DNA of 64,000 nucleotides from a virus. Lineage: Duplodnaviria > Caudoviricetes. The stretch lies in the IMG/VR virus record IMGVR_UViG_3300035208_007487; one strand, given 5' to 3'. Of this stretch, positions 8,581 to 19,573 are shown piece after piece (within the stretch, counting starts at the first letter, position 1; each line of letters opens with the position of its first letter). Below the pieces are notes generated by a model that did no database searches, was not told where the DNA came from, and saw only the letters and a program-made list of their open reading frames with translations. A program made the position numbers and the translations under genes.

Positions 8581-10419
8581 TTATTTTTCACTTGGTAGCT
8601 CTAAGTTAGGCGCTGAGTTCTCAGGTTCAGTTGCAGGAGCTTCTTCACCTCCGGGTTCTCCCATAGGTGCTTCTAAAGGGGCTGCGCCACCAATACCACC
8701 CAATTCACTTCCCCCTATTTCATCTCCACCAAACCCACTACCGCCACCTTCGGGTACATTTAAAGTTTGAGTTTCTTTATTTATTTCTTCTAGCCTTTCT
8801 TTTTCTCTTAAGCGTCTAACTAATTCTTTATCTCTTAATTGTAAATTCTTACTATATTGCTCATCGCTCATTTGACAGAAGTCTTTAAGAACTAATTCTT
8901 TAGCTAATATATCTTTTGGACCTCCACTAAAATCAGCGAGGAATTCAGAAGCTTTAGCTAATATATCTAATTTCATATTAATCATTTCTGATTCTTTAAT
9001 CATCTTAAATACATTAGACTGTTCAAATGTAACTTGGTATAATTTAGGATCTTTTATCTTATCATCATATTCAGGTCTAGTCTCTAAGTACATTATGAAT
9101 AAATCAATCAATACTTTACCAAAGCTAGCTTGCATGTTTTCAATAAAACGAGTTAAAATAACTTGTTCAACATCAATTTCCCCAGGTTTACCTATTGAAG
9201 CTGGTTGAGCTTGTTGAGTATTCATTCTTGAACGACTTCTAGGGTATTTTAATGCTTGATAGATTTTCTCTCTAAAATAATTCAATGGAGTTATTTCACC
9301 AATATTAGTACCGGCTGGGAGAACATCAATTTTAGAAGGGCTAGTTCCATCTGGAACTGGAACAAAGATAGATTCAGACATAGCCTGAATTCTTTCACTT
9401 CCTAATATAGTACCTTCATCTCCATTATAATAAACTTTTCTATTCAATACATTAGCTTGTCTTTGTAAATGCTCTTCTGCTTTAGGAGGCGGCATTTTAC
9501 CAGTTGAAATATAATAGACTAATTTTTCAGTACCTCTAGTTATAATGTATTTGGCATATGAATCTTCAAGATTGCCTAAAACATTTACGAATTTTTTAGC
9601 AGGTTCTAAATAAGATTGTCTATCGTTAATTCCACCCATTCCCCAACTTTGATAATCCCACCATAATATTTGATTTACTGAATAATCTTTGTAAGTATAG
9701 CGACCATTATTTGTTGCAGCTTTATCTATATTAATTCCACCATATTCATTATCAATAATCTGTCTAAATCCAACAATAACTCCATCATCTATAATTACTA
9801 ACATATTATATGAAGGTAAATGATTAACACCTGTTATTTTATTTTTTTCTTTATTATAACAAACTTCCCAAAATTGCGCTCCTTCAACTAAAAATTTAAT
9901 GAATACATTTTTTGCAACTTCATTAAAGTTAAATATTGTTTGCATGACATTACTAAAATCTTGCTGTAAATTATTTTTAGAAATATCTCCAATAGCAACT
10001 CCAGGGTATCTATCATTAATAGCTAATGATATTACTTGACCTCTTCCATTATCAGTAATAGCTTCATTAGCTATATTCTCTACAATCTCAGAAACTTCTG
10101 GATTTTTTAACATATTTCTGTATGAAATAACCCTTTGTCTTAATTTCTGATGGCTATCATCTACTATTTTATCAGCTATTAATTTTCTACGCTCAATTGG
10201 ATCTTTTTCTAATTGGGAATTTCGATATAATAAAACTGGACCTTCGGCTGTAGCTGAAATGGGCATTACTGCTCGTTCAGACTGCCCTACTTTATCTCTA
10301 TTAGCTTCAGCATCGCGTTTGGATTCAACTTTTCTAAAATCCTTAAAATCATCATATTTAGAATTATTTGTTAATTGAATTAACTTTTGTTTTCTTCTAT
10401 CTTCAGCAGACTGTATCAT
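8581..10419 (-). CDS. gp20: Portal vertex protein, T4 gp20-like
   Basis: YRNMLKNPEV..IANEA, SYLEPAKK, LEDSYAKYIITRGTEKLVYYISTGKMPPPKAEE, YFREKIYQALKYPRSR; Gly/Glu-rich tail. Confidence 0.96.
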   Translation of the reverse strand: MIQSAEDRRKQKLIQLTNNSKYDDFKDFRKVESKRDAEANRDKVGQSERAVMPISATAEGPVLLYRNSQLEKDPIERRKLIADKIVDDSHQKLRQRVISYRNMLKNPEVSEIVENIANEAITDNGRGQVISLAINDRYPGVAIGDISKNNLQQDFSNVMQTIFNFNEVAKNVFIKFLVEGAQFWEVCYNKEKNKITGVNHLPSYNMLVIIDDGVIVGFRQIIDNEYGGINIDKAATNNGRYTYKDYSVNQILWWDYQSWGMGGINDRQSYLEPAKKFVNVLGNLEDSYAKYIITRGTEKLVYYISTGKMPPPKAEEHLQRQANVLNRKVYYNGDEGTILGSERIQAMSESIFVPVPDGTSPSKIDVLPAGTNIGEITPLNYFREKIYQALKYPRSRSRMNTQQAQPASIGKPGEIDVEQVILTRFIENMQASFGKVLIDLFIMYLETRPEYDDKIKDPKLYQVTFEQSNVFKMIKESEMINMKLDILAKASEFLADFSGGPKDILAKELVLKDFCQMSDEQYSKNLQLRDKELVRRLREKERLEEINKETQTLNVPEGGGSGFGGDEIGGSELGGIGGAAPLEAPMGEPGGEEAPATEPENSAPNLELPSEK

Positions 10420-10435
10420 TTAAATTATTTAGTAA

Positions 10436-11170
10436 TTATTTAATACTTGAATATAGACTATCATATGCTTTAAGATATTTTTCAGCTAATAATTCATATA
10501 CTTTTTTAGCAATTGGCTTATTTCTTTTCTTAAATGATTGAGAATCTGGGTCGAATTTATATTCGCGTCTAATCTTAATTTCACTCTTTTTGTCTACTTT
10601 AGCTCCTTTAGTAGCTAAATCTAATAGTCTATTTCTTATTAAACTATTTTTCTTATTGAAATAACAAATATCTTGAATTAATTCAACATTATTCTCAACT
10701 CCAATAATTCTAGAGCTAAAGACTTCATTAAAATCTCTATAATTATCTATAGAAATTTCAACTAGCCCAACTGCTTCTAATATGTCAGTTCCTTGTAATA
10801 TTTTAGCTATATATTTAAAAATTCTCTCAGTTATATCTAAATCAAATGGAACATCATTAATATATTCAATTTCAGTCATATTAGGGATCAATGAACTGAA
10901 TGATTTAATTTTACTAGATTTCTTTAATTCAAGCACATCTGAATTATCTAAAACCAAAGAAGTCATTAATACCAATATTTTATTTTTTGTTTTTTCATCA
11001 ATGGTTTCACTAGAATTAACATGTTCAATTAATTTATTAATTGCATCTACATAGCCATTGGTTAATGATTCAATATATTCTCTATTGAATTTTCTATAAG
11101 GGGATTCTTTTGGAATCCCATTGACTGCTATTTCACCACTTGCTTCTCTAAATTGATATATATTAGACAT
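10436..11170 (-). CDS. Hypothetical protein (late)
   Basis: 244-aa ORF; TAAATA-N5-ATG. Confidence 0.65.
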   Translation of the reverse strand: MSNIYQFREASGEIAVNGIPKESPYRKFNREYIESLTNGYVDAINKLIEHVNSSETIDEKTKNKILVLMTSLVLDNSDVLELKKSSKIKSFSSLIPNMTEIEYINDVPFDLDITERIFKYIAKILQGTDILEAVGLVEISIDNYRDFNEVFSSRIIGVENNVELIQDICYFNKKNSLIRNRLLDLATKGAKVDKKSEIKIRREYKFDPDSQSFKKRNKPIAKKVYELLAEKYLKAYDSLYSSIK

Positions 11171-11195
11171 ACAATTATTTATCTTAATTATAGTT

Positions 11196-12335
11196 TTACT
11201 TAATTTTCTTGCTATATGCTGTGGCAGTTGCTACATTCTTTTTTTCTTTATCTAAATTATCAATATCTCTAAAATTGCTTTGCATTTTTCCATAATCAGA
11301 TGATGTTTGGTATGGTGTATTGATAGTTTTTAATTTATCCTTAATATCTTCTTTTCCAAAAGCTATTTCTGTTGCAGTTTTTTCAGTATTAGTTATTGCT
11401 TTTTTAATTAAATTAGGTTTTAAATCATCTAAATTAGATTCTATAGTGAAAACTATTTTATTAATTAATTCATTTATCTTTTTAATATTATTAGCTTCAT
11501 TTTTATTGTATAATATTCCAATATTAATTGTTTTAACTCTTCCATCAACCTTTGTATTAATATCAAATCCAAATTTATATAAATTAGTCAATTTTTCAAA
11601 GTTCCAATCTTGGTTGTTTGAAAATCCAGTAGATAATTGTCTTGTTATATCATTTAATTTATCATTCCATTCCCCAATATTTAATTCAGTGTTATTAAAA
11701 TCAGAAGATGAACTTGGATTTAAATATCCATTTTCCATATAAGTAATTTTAGGAGGATCATATAATGTGTCTAAATTAGATACAAATGATTTTTTAAATA
11801 ATTCACCTGATTCAACTTTAGAATTTAAATAATCTATTATATTTAAATTATATAAAGCTACAAAATAAAAATAATGTCTGTATATAGCTGTAATTTTTCT
11901 GTATTGGAAGTCATCAGTTGTTCTATAATTAGCTGTATCACTTTTACCACCTGATAGATTTCTATATTCTATGGCGATATTAGTTGCAACTTTTTCAATT
12001 AAAGTAATTACGTTTTTTTGCAATTCAGATAATACTGCTAAACTTGTTTTAGCCTTATTTGACATAGCATATTGAGAGAAATAATTAATGATTACATTCC
12101 ATAAATCCATATTAGATAATTTTGTGCCAGCTAATTTAATATTTTCATTAGCCCCCATATATGAAAATTCTTCATTAGATTTAGTATATTCATTTAATAT
12201 TCTTAATGCTTCATCTTGACTAGCTGTATTGATTTTAGGTAAATTGATTTTTTCAGGGGCTTTAGTAGTAGGCTCATCTACGGTAGATGTTTCTTCTAAT
12301 AAGTAATATCTCCCCTTATATATTAATTCATTCAT
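11196..12335 (-). CDS. Hypothetical protein, candidate internal head protein
   Basis: 379 aa; N-terminus LIYKGRYYLLEE resembles those of 62772 and 63402. Confidence 0.65.
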   Translation of the reverse strand: MNELIYKGRYYLLEETSTVDEPTTKAPEKINLPKINTASQDEALRILNEYTKSNEEFSYMGANENIKLAGTKLSNMDLWNVIINYFSQYAMSNKAKTSLAVLSELQKNVITLIEKVATNIAIEYRNLSGGKSDTANYRTTDDFQYRKITAIYRHYFYFVALYNLNIIDYLNSKVESGELFKKSFVSNLDTLYDPPKITYMENGYLNPSSSSDFNNTELNIGEWNDKLNDITRQLSTGFSNNQDWNFEKLTNLYKFGFDINTKVDGRVKTINIGILYNKNEANNIKKINELINKIVFTIESNLDDLKPNLIKKAITNTEKTATEIAFGKEDIKDKLKTINTPYQTSSDYGKMQSNFRDIDNLDKEKKNVATATAYSKKIK

Positions 12336-12343
12336 ATTATTAT

Positions 12344-13771
12344 TTATGGTTCAGGTGGAGTAATCATCTCATCGAACGATGTAGTATTAGTTGAATATTT
12401 TATTGCTTGAGAAATATCAATAACACCTCTAGTTGTTTTTACAAAATCTCTATTAGGGGGAGTAATCATTTCTTCAAATATTGTCATGCTATTTGCAATA
12501 GTTTTTGCAGTATCAATATCATTTATTAATTTAGTTGGATCAATTCCTAAATCGCCAATCAAACCATGCTCATTTATTTCAAATCGTATATCAGTATAAG
12601 CAGAAGAAGTTTTATTAATTTCTTCGGCTATTTTACTTTCAGAAATATTAGATAAAGTATTATTATATACACTATCACTAGAATCAGACATAGTTAATTC
12701 AACTAAATCAAAATCATCTTTAGTTGGCAAATAATCGGTTGGCATTATATATATCGTACTAGTAGAGATAGTAATCTTTTCTTCAAATTCATTATAGTAA
12801 TAGAAATAAGTATTACCAGAATCATCTTCATAAAATGTTAAACTTCCACTATTAACAATATTATTATTTTCATCAAATGTATAGCTATATGCTTCATCAT
12901 ATAATATTTGAAATAATTGTTTGTTATTATAATCGCCTAATATTGAATAATAAATAATAGCTTCTTTTAGTGAATATTTGTTATTTTGTGCCCACGTTAT
13001 TAATGAAATAATAGTGTATTGTTTTTTTAAATTAATTTCACATTTTAGCTTCCATAAACTTAAATAATCTTCTTCAACAATTTCTAGATCATCTGATAGA
13101 TAAGTATTTCCAGTATAGGGTATTTCATTATCTAAAACAGTAAGTATATCATAATTATCATAAATTGTATTAAGAAAATCATCTCTCATAGTAGATATTT
13201 CATTTGGAGCTAATCCAGGATGCCATTCCCAATGAGAAAAATTAGAATACCCCGAAAATAATCCACCCCAATATATAACATATGGATCATCAACATATTT
13301 TTTTAATAAATCATTAACATCTGCTTTTACATTATAGATTATACTAGGATATACTCCAAATATTTTTACAACATTGCCATCCAATAAGTTTGCACTAAAC
13401 CAATCCTGACAAGCTTTAATAAAAGTAGTAGCAGATCCATCATCAAAATTTAAAGATGTTTTTATATAATCATTAGTGGAACTTGCATCAATTATTTGGT
13501 CAGATGTTTTATTGTAAACATTTATAGATATTGCATTACCATATAAATACCAGCTTAATCCATTTTTTCTATCTTCAAATAATGTAGTAATTTTTTTCTC
13601 ACAATACCAAGATCGTTTAGTACGAACAATATCATATGCATAAGTTGGATTATTGGCAACCCAATAATCTAAAAATTTAATAAGATGATTAACAATAGGA
13701 ATAAAAGCGCGTTTTAATTCGCTTATTGCTACGCTAGTTTCATTATATATTTTAGGTAAAGAACTATCCAT
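12344..13771 (-). CDS. Protein with a degenerate M15-family (L-Ala-D-Glu type) peptidase domain
   Basis: IVRTKRS...SWYLYGNAISI...YWGGLFSGYSNFSHWEWHPG aligns to SxHxxGxAxD and WGGxW...DxxHFE with ligands substituted. Confidence 0.65.
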   Translation of the reverse strand: MDSSLPKIYNETSVAISELKRAFIPIVNHLIKFLDYWVANNPTYAYDIVRTKRSWYCEKKITTLFEDRKNGLSWYLYGNAISINVYNKTSDQIIDASSTNDYIKTSLNFDDGSATTFIKACQDWFSANLLDGNVVKIFGVYPSIIYNVKADVNDLLKKYVDDPYVIYWGGLFSGYSNFSHWEWHPGLAPNEISTMRDDFLNTIYDNYDILTVLDNEIPYTGNTYLSDDLEIVEEDYLSLWKLKCEINLKKQYTIISLITWAQNNKYSLKEAIIYYSILGDYNNKQLFQILYDEAYSYTFDENNNIVNSGSLTFYEDDSGNTYFYYYNEFEEKITISTSTIYIMPTDYLPTKDDFDLVELTMSDSSDSVYNNTLSNISESKIAEEINKTSSAYTDIRFEINEHGLIGDLGIDPTKLINDIDTAKTIANSMTIFEEMITPPNRDFVKTTRGVIDISQAIKYSTNTTSFDEMITPPEP

Positions 13772-14234
13772 TTAATTCGCTTATTTTGCCATGAACCCAA
13801 TTAACGAATTCAGCTAATGAGGTTTTAGGGTCGTCTTGTGAAATGCTGTCTAATTTAGTCCAAATGTCATCTGAAAACATTTTAAACTTATCTTCATCTA
13901 CATCATTTATGCCCAATCTTGTGAAAAATGAAGATACATATTCTTTAATATTATCTTGATCGAGCATATCAGCAGTCATTATTTCTATTAAATTATGAAT
14001 AGCTGGATCATTATCTATATAACTATTAAGTACTTTACCATTTAAAAATATATCAGAATTTTTAACAGTAGATTCTTCAGGAGGCGGCGCAATTTGAACA
14101 TTACTATTGTTTGGTTCATTAGTTGAATCATCGGTAGGTGCAGGCGTTTCATCAGGTGCATCATCTGCTTCAAATATTCCAGTGACAATATTCATAAAGT
14201 CATCATTTAAATTATTATTAGTAAAAATATCCAT
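13764..14234 (-). CDS. Hypothetical acidic protein
   Basis: 156 aa; IFEA motif; TAAATA-N6-ATG. Confidence 0.65.
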   Translation of the reverse strand: MDIFTNNNLNDDFMNIVTGIFEADDAPDETPAPTDDSTNEPNNSNVQIAPPPEESTVKNSDIFLNGKVLNSYIDNDPAIHNLIEIMTADMLDQDNIKEYVSSFFTRLGINDVDEDKFKMFSDDIWTKLDSISQDDPKTSLAEFVNWVHGKISELNG

Positions 14235-14254
14235 ATATGTTATTTAGATAAAAT

Positions 14255-14280
14255 AAAAAAGGAGTTGCTAACAACTCCTT
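14255..14280 (-). terminator. Rho-independent terminator
   Basis: Stem AAGGAGTTG/CAACTCCTT with U-run on the minus strand, after ORF 14308-15717. Confidence 0.8.
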
Positions 14281-14307
14281 TCTATTAACCAACTAATTAA
14301 TAATTAA

Positions 14308-15717
14308 TTATCTTCCTTCTCTAATTATTCTTTTAGCTTCCTCTAAAAAGCTTTTAGCTTTATTTTCTACTGATTCTCTAACTACAGCAGCTTTAACTTG
14401 TGGAGTTACTGCTTTCTGAGCAGGAGCTTTTTTAGGAGTAACTGGTTTAGGAATTCCAGACGTAACAGGAATGGTTTCTTGAGATTTTCCGACATCACGT
14501 TTATCTTTAGTGAAACCTGGATTTACTTTATTGACTTCTGTTTCATTTTCAGCTTGCTCTTTAGTCTGAGGAGATACTTTCTTAGGTGCTGAAGCTAATG
14601 CTCTTAATTCACCTAATTTATATCCTGGTTTTGAAGTCTTAGGAGTTGCTTTTAATTGAAAGTCTGGATGTTGAGCACCATCATTTGCTTTAGGATCTCC
14701 ACCTTCAACAAATTTATTATTGTACTCACCAAATAATCCAATTGATTCAAAAACAGCTTCATTTTTTCCAGCTAAAGATTTAACTAATTCTTTTAATTCA
14801 TCAATCTCAGATTTCAATCCTTCTAAAGTAGCTTCTCCGCCTTCTGGAGCGCCTAATGCTTCCGAAGGTATTTCCTCATCACCTGATCCACTAACAACCT
14901 CTACAGGCTCTACCTCGTCAGCAGTGACTACTTTAATAGTATCTTCATCGTCATCTACGTTAGGAATACCGTGTTCACCATGTTCTCCACATTCAGCGCA
15001 AACACCTTCATTAGTAGATTCTTCCTCTTCTTCAGGAACTTCGGATGTTTCAACTGGATTACCTTGGGTACCGTCTTCATCACCAGCTTCTTCCGAACTT
15101 GGATCTGAATCTTCAGTTAATTTTTCCTTCTCTTCTTCTGATTTTTCTTCAGCAGGAGTTTCGCTAGCTTCATGAGAGGCATCTTCTTCTGAATTTTCTT
15201 CAGGAGTGCCTTCATTATTCTCAGCATTCTCTTCTGGAATCTGCCCACCATTTTCAAGGCCAAGATCTAAGGATTGTTTACAATATTCAATTATTGCATT
15301 CTTTTTAGCTTTTAATAATTCATTCTCTTCAACAGGAGTTGATACACTATCTTGTTCAGCTTCGCTTAAATAAGCACTAGTATTAGCAACTTCTTCTAAA
15401 ATCATCTCTAAAGCTGGTTCAGAAATGGATTCACCACTAATTTCATCAAGCATATCTTGCAAATTGCGTCTAATAATTGCCTTATCTTCATCAGATAATT
15501 CAATATCCTTTGAATCATAGTGAACTGGACTTTCAATTCCATTCTCCTGATCATCTAGGTCAACAGTATTATTCAAATCCTCTATTGAGAAGGGATCTGA
15601 AGAAGCTCCTGCTGCTTCGGTTACTGCTGATTTAGCGTCTTGTTTTCTTTGCTGATCTATTGACTCAACAAGAGCTAAAATATTTTCAGTATCTTTCATT
15701 GTGTTTAAATATGACAT
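14308..15717 (-). CDS. Highly acidic low-complexity protein, probable prohead core/internal scaffold
   Basis: Glu-rich, many L/V/F-x-E motifs (LVES, VTEA, LSEA, VFES, VRES); AAGGAG SD, TAAATA boxes and own terminator. Confidence 0.65.
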   Translation of the reverse strand: MSYLNTMKDTENILALVESIDQQRKQDAKSAVTEAAGASSDPFSIEDLNNTVDLDDQENGIESPVHYDSKDIELSDEDKAIIRRNLQDMLDEISGESISEPALEMILEEVANTSAYLSEAEQDSVSTPVEENELLKAKKNAIIEYCKQSLDLGLENGGQIPEENAENNEGTPEENSEEDASHEASETPAEEKSEEEKEKLTEDSDPSSEEAGDEDGTQGNPVETSEVPEEEEESTNEGVCAECGEHGEHGIPNVDDDEDTIKVVTADEVEPVEVVSGSGDEEIPSEALGAPEGGEATLEGLKSEIDELKELVKSLAGKNEAVFESIGLFGEYNNKFVEGGDPKANDGAQHPDFQLKATPKTSKPGYKLGELRALASAPKKVSPQTKEQAENETEVNKVNPGFTKDKRDVGKSQETIPVTSGIPKPVTPKKAPAQKAVTPQVKAAVVRESVENKAKSFLEEAKRIIREGR

Positions 15718-15777
15718 ATCAATCTCCTTATTTCTATTTAGTTATTTATGAATTTTAAGTACATTTTTTATAATTAA

Positions 15778-16365
15778 TTAAATGTATTCCCCAATTATTT
15801 CGTTAATATTATCTGGCTTATTATAAATAAAGAATTCATCGAATTTAAAAGCTGCATCAAATGTAACAGGCTCATCAGAATTGAATACTTGATTAAGCTG
15901 TCCTAATGTTTCAATGAATACTCTTTTAAATCTAAAAATAGTTTTAACCTTATTGTTATTATTCATTAAACATATATCTGCATATGGGCAAAATGCTTGT
16001 TTAGCATCCCAATGTTTCATGTCTGGGGTATTTTTATCTGTACGATAAGTTGTTCTTTTATATACATCTAACCAATCATATAATAGTAAATAACTATCTA
16101 AATCTTCATCTGCAATAAAAGTAACTTGCAAAGATACTGAGCTAAAATCAGTAACTGCTGAAGTTGGTACAACAGTTGTTGCACCTAAGAATCTATCATA
16201 TTGCATTTCTGCTTCAATTTCAGGAACAGTATATTCTCTAATATTACATTGAATTGATGTTGTAGATAATGTATCATCTACAATTATTGGTAATTTAGAA
16301 AAAACTAATACTCCAGTACCTTGAACTAACGGATTAAATATTTTATTTGGTAAAGCACCTTGCAT
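15778..16365 (-). CDS. gp3: Tail tube terminator/completion protein, T4 gp3-like
   Basis: NPL...FSKLP...YTVPEI...LQVTFIADEDLDSYLLLYDWL...FKRVFIETLG, tube-fold gp3 pattern. Confidence 0.75.
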   Translation of the reverse strand: MQGALPNKIFNPLVQGTGVLVFSKLPIIVDDTLSTTSIQCNIREYTVPEIEAEMQYDRFLGATTVVPTSAVTDFSSVSLQVTFIADEDLDSYLLLYDWLDVYKRTTYRTDKNTPDMKHWDAKQAFCPYADICLMNNNNKVKTIFRFKRVFIETLGQLNQVFNSDEPVTFDAAFKFDEFFIYNKPDNINEIIGEYI

Positions 16366-16366
16366 A

Positions 16367-19300
16367 TTACCTATTTAGCGGTAATTGATAATAATTAAAT
16401 AGCTTCCAATTTGATTTGTTTATAGGAGAATCTTGATAAGTATCAATATAGTTTGAATCTAATTTACCTATATTCTTTAATGACATTTTATATTCAGATT
16501 TTTTAACAATTGAAGACACTTCAGTACTACTTAATGTTTTATACATTGTTTTTGTTCCAGTTATAGTTGATTTTGATCTACTGCCACCGATACTATATTT
16601 ATTATTATCAATTCTTAATAGTGACATATTTAATAAATTACTATCGTCTTTATATTTAATAATGTAACCATTTTTTACATATTTTAAATTAGATATTCCA
16701 ACAGTTCCTTCAAATACATTGCTTGAAGTTGCATAGAATGATTGGAAATATGACATAAGTCCAGTAATAATATTATATGCATATTTATAATTATTTGGAG
16801 GATCAGTGGATGAGCTTCCATCTGAATAAGTAGTAGTTGTTGGAAACAATTGAACATAATTTTTATCATAATAAACATAATCGTTAGTGAATCCAGAAGT
16901 ACCCCAATTAACCAAATCAGTTTTATTTATATTAGAATATTCACTTGTCATTGTATATGAGCTAATTTGAACAACATCTGCACTATTTGAACTAAAATCA
17001 ATATCATCAATAGATGCAAAACTTGATATTGGTTTTTTCAATAGATATAATATCTTTGGATTATTAATATATGGATTAATTGAATTTAGCCCACTTACTT
17101 TTCCACTAATATCGCCGTCAATTTGCATAGTATATATTGATAAATTTCTAGCATCAGCTATTGATAAATTAGTTAAATCATAGTCTTTTAATTTTAAATA
17201 TATTCCAACATCAGGTCTATAATATAGATAATCTTTAGAATTAGTACTATTATAATTATTAACAAATTCGTCAATATAATTAATATTATCACCAATAGAT
17301 TTATTAAAATAATTAGCTACTTTTGAATTTGGTACCGTTTTATCATAATTAAAGTAGGTATGAATTATTGTAGATTTCCCATTTGAATCATTTAAAATAT
17401 TTACAACTGCATTATCTGAATAATCATAATCATATGAATTTGAATCATCATCATAAGAAGCCGCACCTTTATTATTACTTATTTTTAGGGTAATTTGAGT
17501 ATTAGTTGTTACATTAAGTTCATATGGAATTTTACCACATGAGCCAAATGTTATAGATTTAGATATTCCATTTTGGTAAGTTTCTAATATTAAACTTAAT
17601 AAATCACTAAACACTGTATTATTTTGATAGTAAGATGTACCATTTTCTTCTATACCACTAGTAGCATATTCTATAGTTTCATTTATTAAAGCATCTGAAC
17701 AATCATTAGTGGTAACAGTATCAGTTGGTGATTTTTTAGAAAAACTTGAAGAAAATTCAGCATATCCTTTGTTTGGTTTATAGTAAAAAACTGATTTATT
17801 TTTATTGTATATAAATGAGCATCTAAATGATATATCATTTATTTTATCATTTTCACTACTAAGATTAGCCATAGTAAAAACTGATTTAGGATTTGAATCA
17901 ACTGTTAATAGGTATCCCTTAATATTTTTTACAGGAAATATTTTAGATTCTAAACTAATCCCATCATTATCATAATCTTCATATAAATTATATTTTATAG
18001 AATTAATATTTAATTCATTAGTAAATAATGAATCTAATTCAGTTTTAGTTAAATTATAATTTAATGCTATATTTTGTAATTTAACGATATCATAATCACT
18101 TGTATTAGTATTAGCTAATATATATGTTTCAAAATATGGATTCCAATTTGAAATAGCTGAAATATCTACTTCAGTCGAATAGTCACTTAATAAAGTATTG
18201 GTTATTAATGAATAAATTGCGCATCTTAATCTTATTTTATTTTTAACAAAATAATACCCACTGCTAATTCTAATTTTTGAAATATTTGCATCTGTTATAG
18301 TTTTGCTGTCAAGTAAAACCTCATTTACATATAATTGATATGTGCCATTATATTTTTTTACATAAGCAGTTAAATCACTATCTTGTATTCCAAATTTAAG
18401 TACAGTAGCATTGCTTGAAGTATTTCCAATAGTATAATCTACACTCAATTTCATATTACAGTCAATTGAAGTATATGGTGTGTTTTTATTAATACAAAAT
18501 TCAGGGGGGTATTCATTTATTAGATAATTGGTATCTATGACTGAATTACTGCAAGTATTAGTAAATAAAGTTGAATAATTATATGCAATTTTATTAGTAT
18601 TTTGGCCTAATACGCACGAATGTCCATTATTTGTTTTTAGAATTATTTCATCATTATCTACACATACTTTGCTATAACTTAAATCATCACTTTTTAATAA
18701 TAATAGTAAATCATTATTTTTATACATCTTTATTTTTTCATTATCAAATAGCCCATAGTTATCAAAATAAAGTTCATTTAAATTAGTTATATCTAATTTA
18801 GCACCCTTCCCATAGAATGTGTTGAATATTTGGGTTTTAGTATTTTTAGAGATTAAAAAATATTCATTAGCATAAGTTTTTGATATGAATTTAGTATTCA
18901 TATATGTTTGATAAGATAAAGGTAAATCAATTCTAGATATATATTCATAATCAATTCCATCAATTCTAGCATAATTACCATTATAACTTAAACATATGTT
19001 ACAATAAGTACCATCAATGAAAACAACTTGCGGATACTTATTAGTTGAAATTGATTTATCAACTGTAGAATCAGAGACAAAATTTATTTTAAATTCAAAT
19101 TGGCCCCCATCACTAAAAGTTTTATCCAATACTATGAATAAAACATTTGATAAAGTTGAAGCAGAATTTTTGATAGTTATATAATGATATGTTTCATTTT
19201 TTTCTTTATTTAATCTAATTAATGAATACTTGCCTTTATTATTAGTTAAATATTTTTGTGAAATTTGTTCATATTCTGATTTATTTTGGTCGTAATTAAT

Positions 19301-19564
19301 TGGATAATAATTATCAAAATCAAATGTCGGCCATACTTTTACAGAATTAATATCATTAGAAGTTGATAGACCTAGCTCACTAAATATTGAACTGCTATCT
19401 AATGTATACTCACTTCCATCACTAAAATAAAATTCAGTTTTTATTTTAGAAGTGCCTAATAATATATTTTTTAATATAGTATATGCCTTATTTACTGAAT
19501 CTGATCTTGTTTCAACATAATCAACTAAAGCTGCTGAAGAATTACTTTTAGGAAAAACGCCCAT
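16367..19564 (-). CDS. Large baseplate/tail-associated structural protein, paralogue of 19574-20302
   Basis: 1065 aa, N/S/T/Y-rich; shares VKxW, GKY...HYI and C-terminal W....YxL/IP motifs with its neighbour. Confidence 0.6.
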   Translation of the reverse strand: MGVFPKSNSSAALVDYVETRSDSVNKAYTILKNILLGTSKIKTEFYFSDGSEYTLDSSSIFSELGLSTSNDINSVKVWPTFDFDNYYPINYDQNKSEYEQISQKYLTNNKGKYSLIRLNKEKNETYHYITIKNSASTLSNVLFIVLDKTFSDGGQFEFKINFVSDSTVDKSISTNKYPQVVFIDGTYCNICLSYNGNYARIDGIDYEYISRIDLPLSYQTYMNTKFISKTYANEYFLISKNTKTQIFNTFYGKGAKLDITNLNELYFDNYGLFDNEKIKMYKNNDLLLLLKSDDLSYSKVCVDNDEIILKTNNGHSCVLGQNTNKIAYNYSTLFTNTCSNSVIDTNYLINEYPPEFCINKNTPYTSIDCNMKLSVDYTIGNTSSNATVLKFGIQDSDLTAYVKKYNGTYQLYVNEVLLDSKTITDANISKIRISSGYYFVKNKIRLRCAIYSLITNTLLSDYSTEVDISAISNWNPYFETYILANTNTSDYDIVKLQNIALNYNLTKTELDSLFTNELNINSIKYNLYEDYDNDGISLESKIFPVKNIKGYLLTVDSNPKSVFTMANLSSENDKINDISFRCSFIYNKNKSVFYYKPNKGYAEFSSSFSKKSPTDTVTTNDCSDALINETIEYATSGIEENGTSYYQNNTVFSDLLSLILETYQNGISKSITFGSCGKIPYELNVTTNTQITLKISNNKGAASYDDDSNSYDYDYSDNAVVNILNDSNGKSTIIHTYFNYDKTVPNSKVANYFNKSIGDNINYIDEFVNNYNSTNSKDYLYYRPDVGIYLKLKDYDLTNLSIADARNLSIYTMQIDGDISGKVSGLNSINPYINNPKILYLLKKPISSFASIDDIDFSSNSADVVQISSYTMTSEYSNINKTDLVNWGTSGFTNDYVYYDKNYVQLFPTTTTYSDGSSSTDPPNNYKYAYNIITGLMSYFQSFYATSSNVFEGTVGISNLKYVKNGYIIKYKDDSNLLNMSLLRIDNNKYSIGGSRSKSTITGTKTMYKTLSSTEVSSIVKKSEYKMSLKNIGKLDSNYIDTYQDSPINKSNWKLFNYYQLPLNR

Positions 19565-19573
19565 GCATAATAT

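Noticed and set aside
8432-8770. 112-aa plus-strand ORF
   Set aside because: Antisense shadow of the Gly/Glu-rich portal tail and the gp67-like gene; no start signals
14398-15175. Plus-strand ORFs 14398-14592 and 14720-15175
   Set aside because: Antisense to the acidic gene 14308-15717; Ser/Phe-rich composition typical of shadow frames
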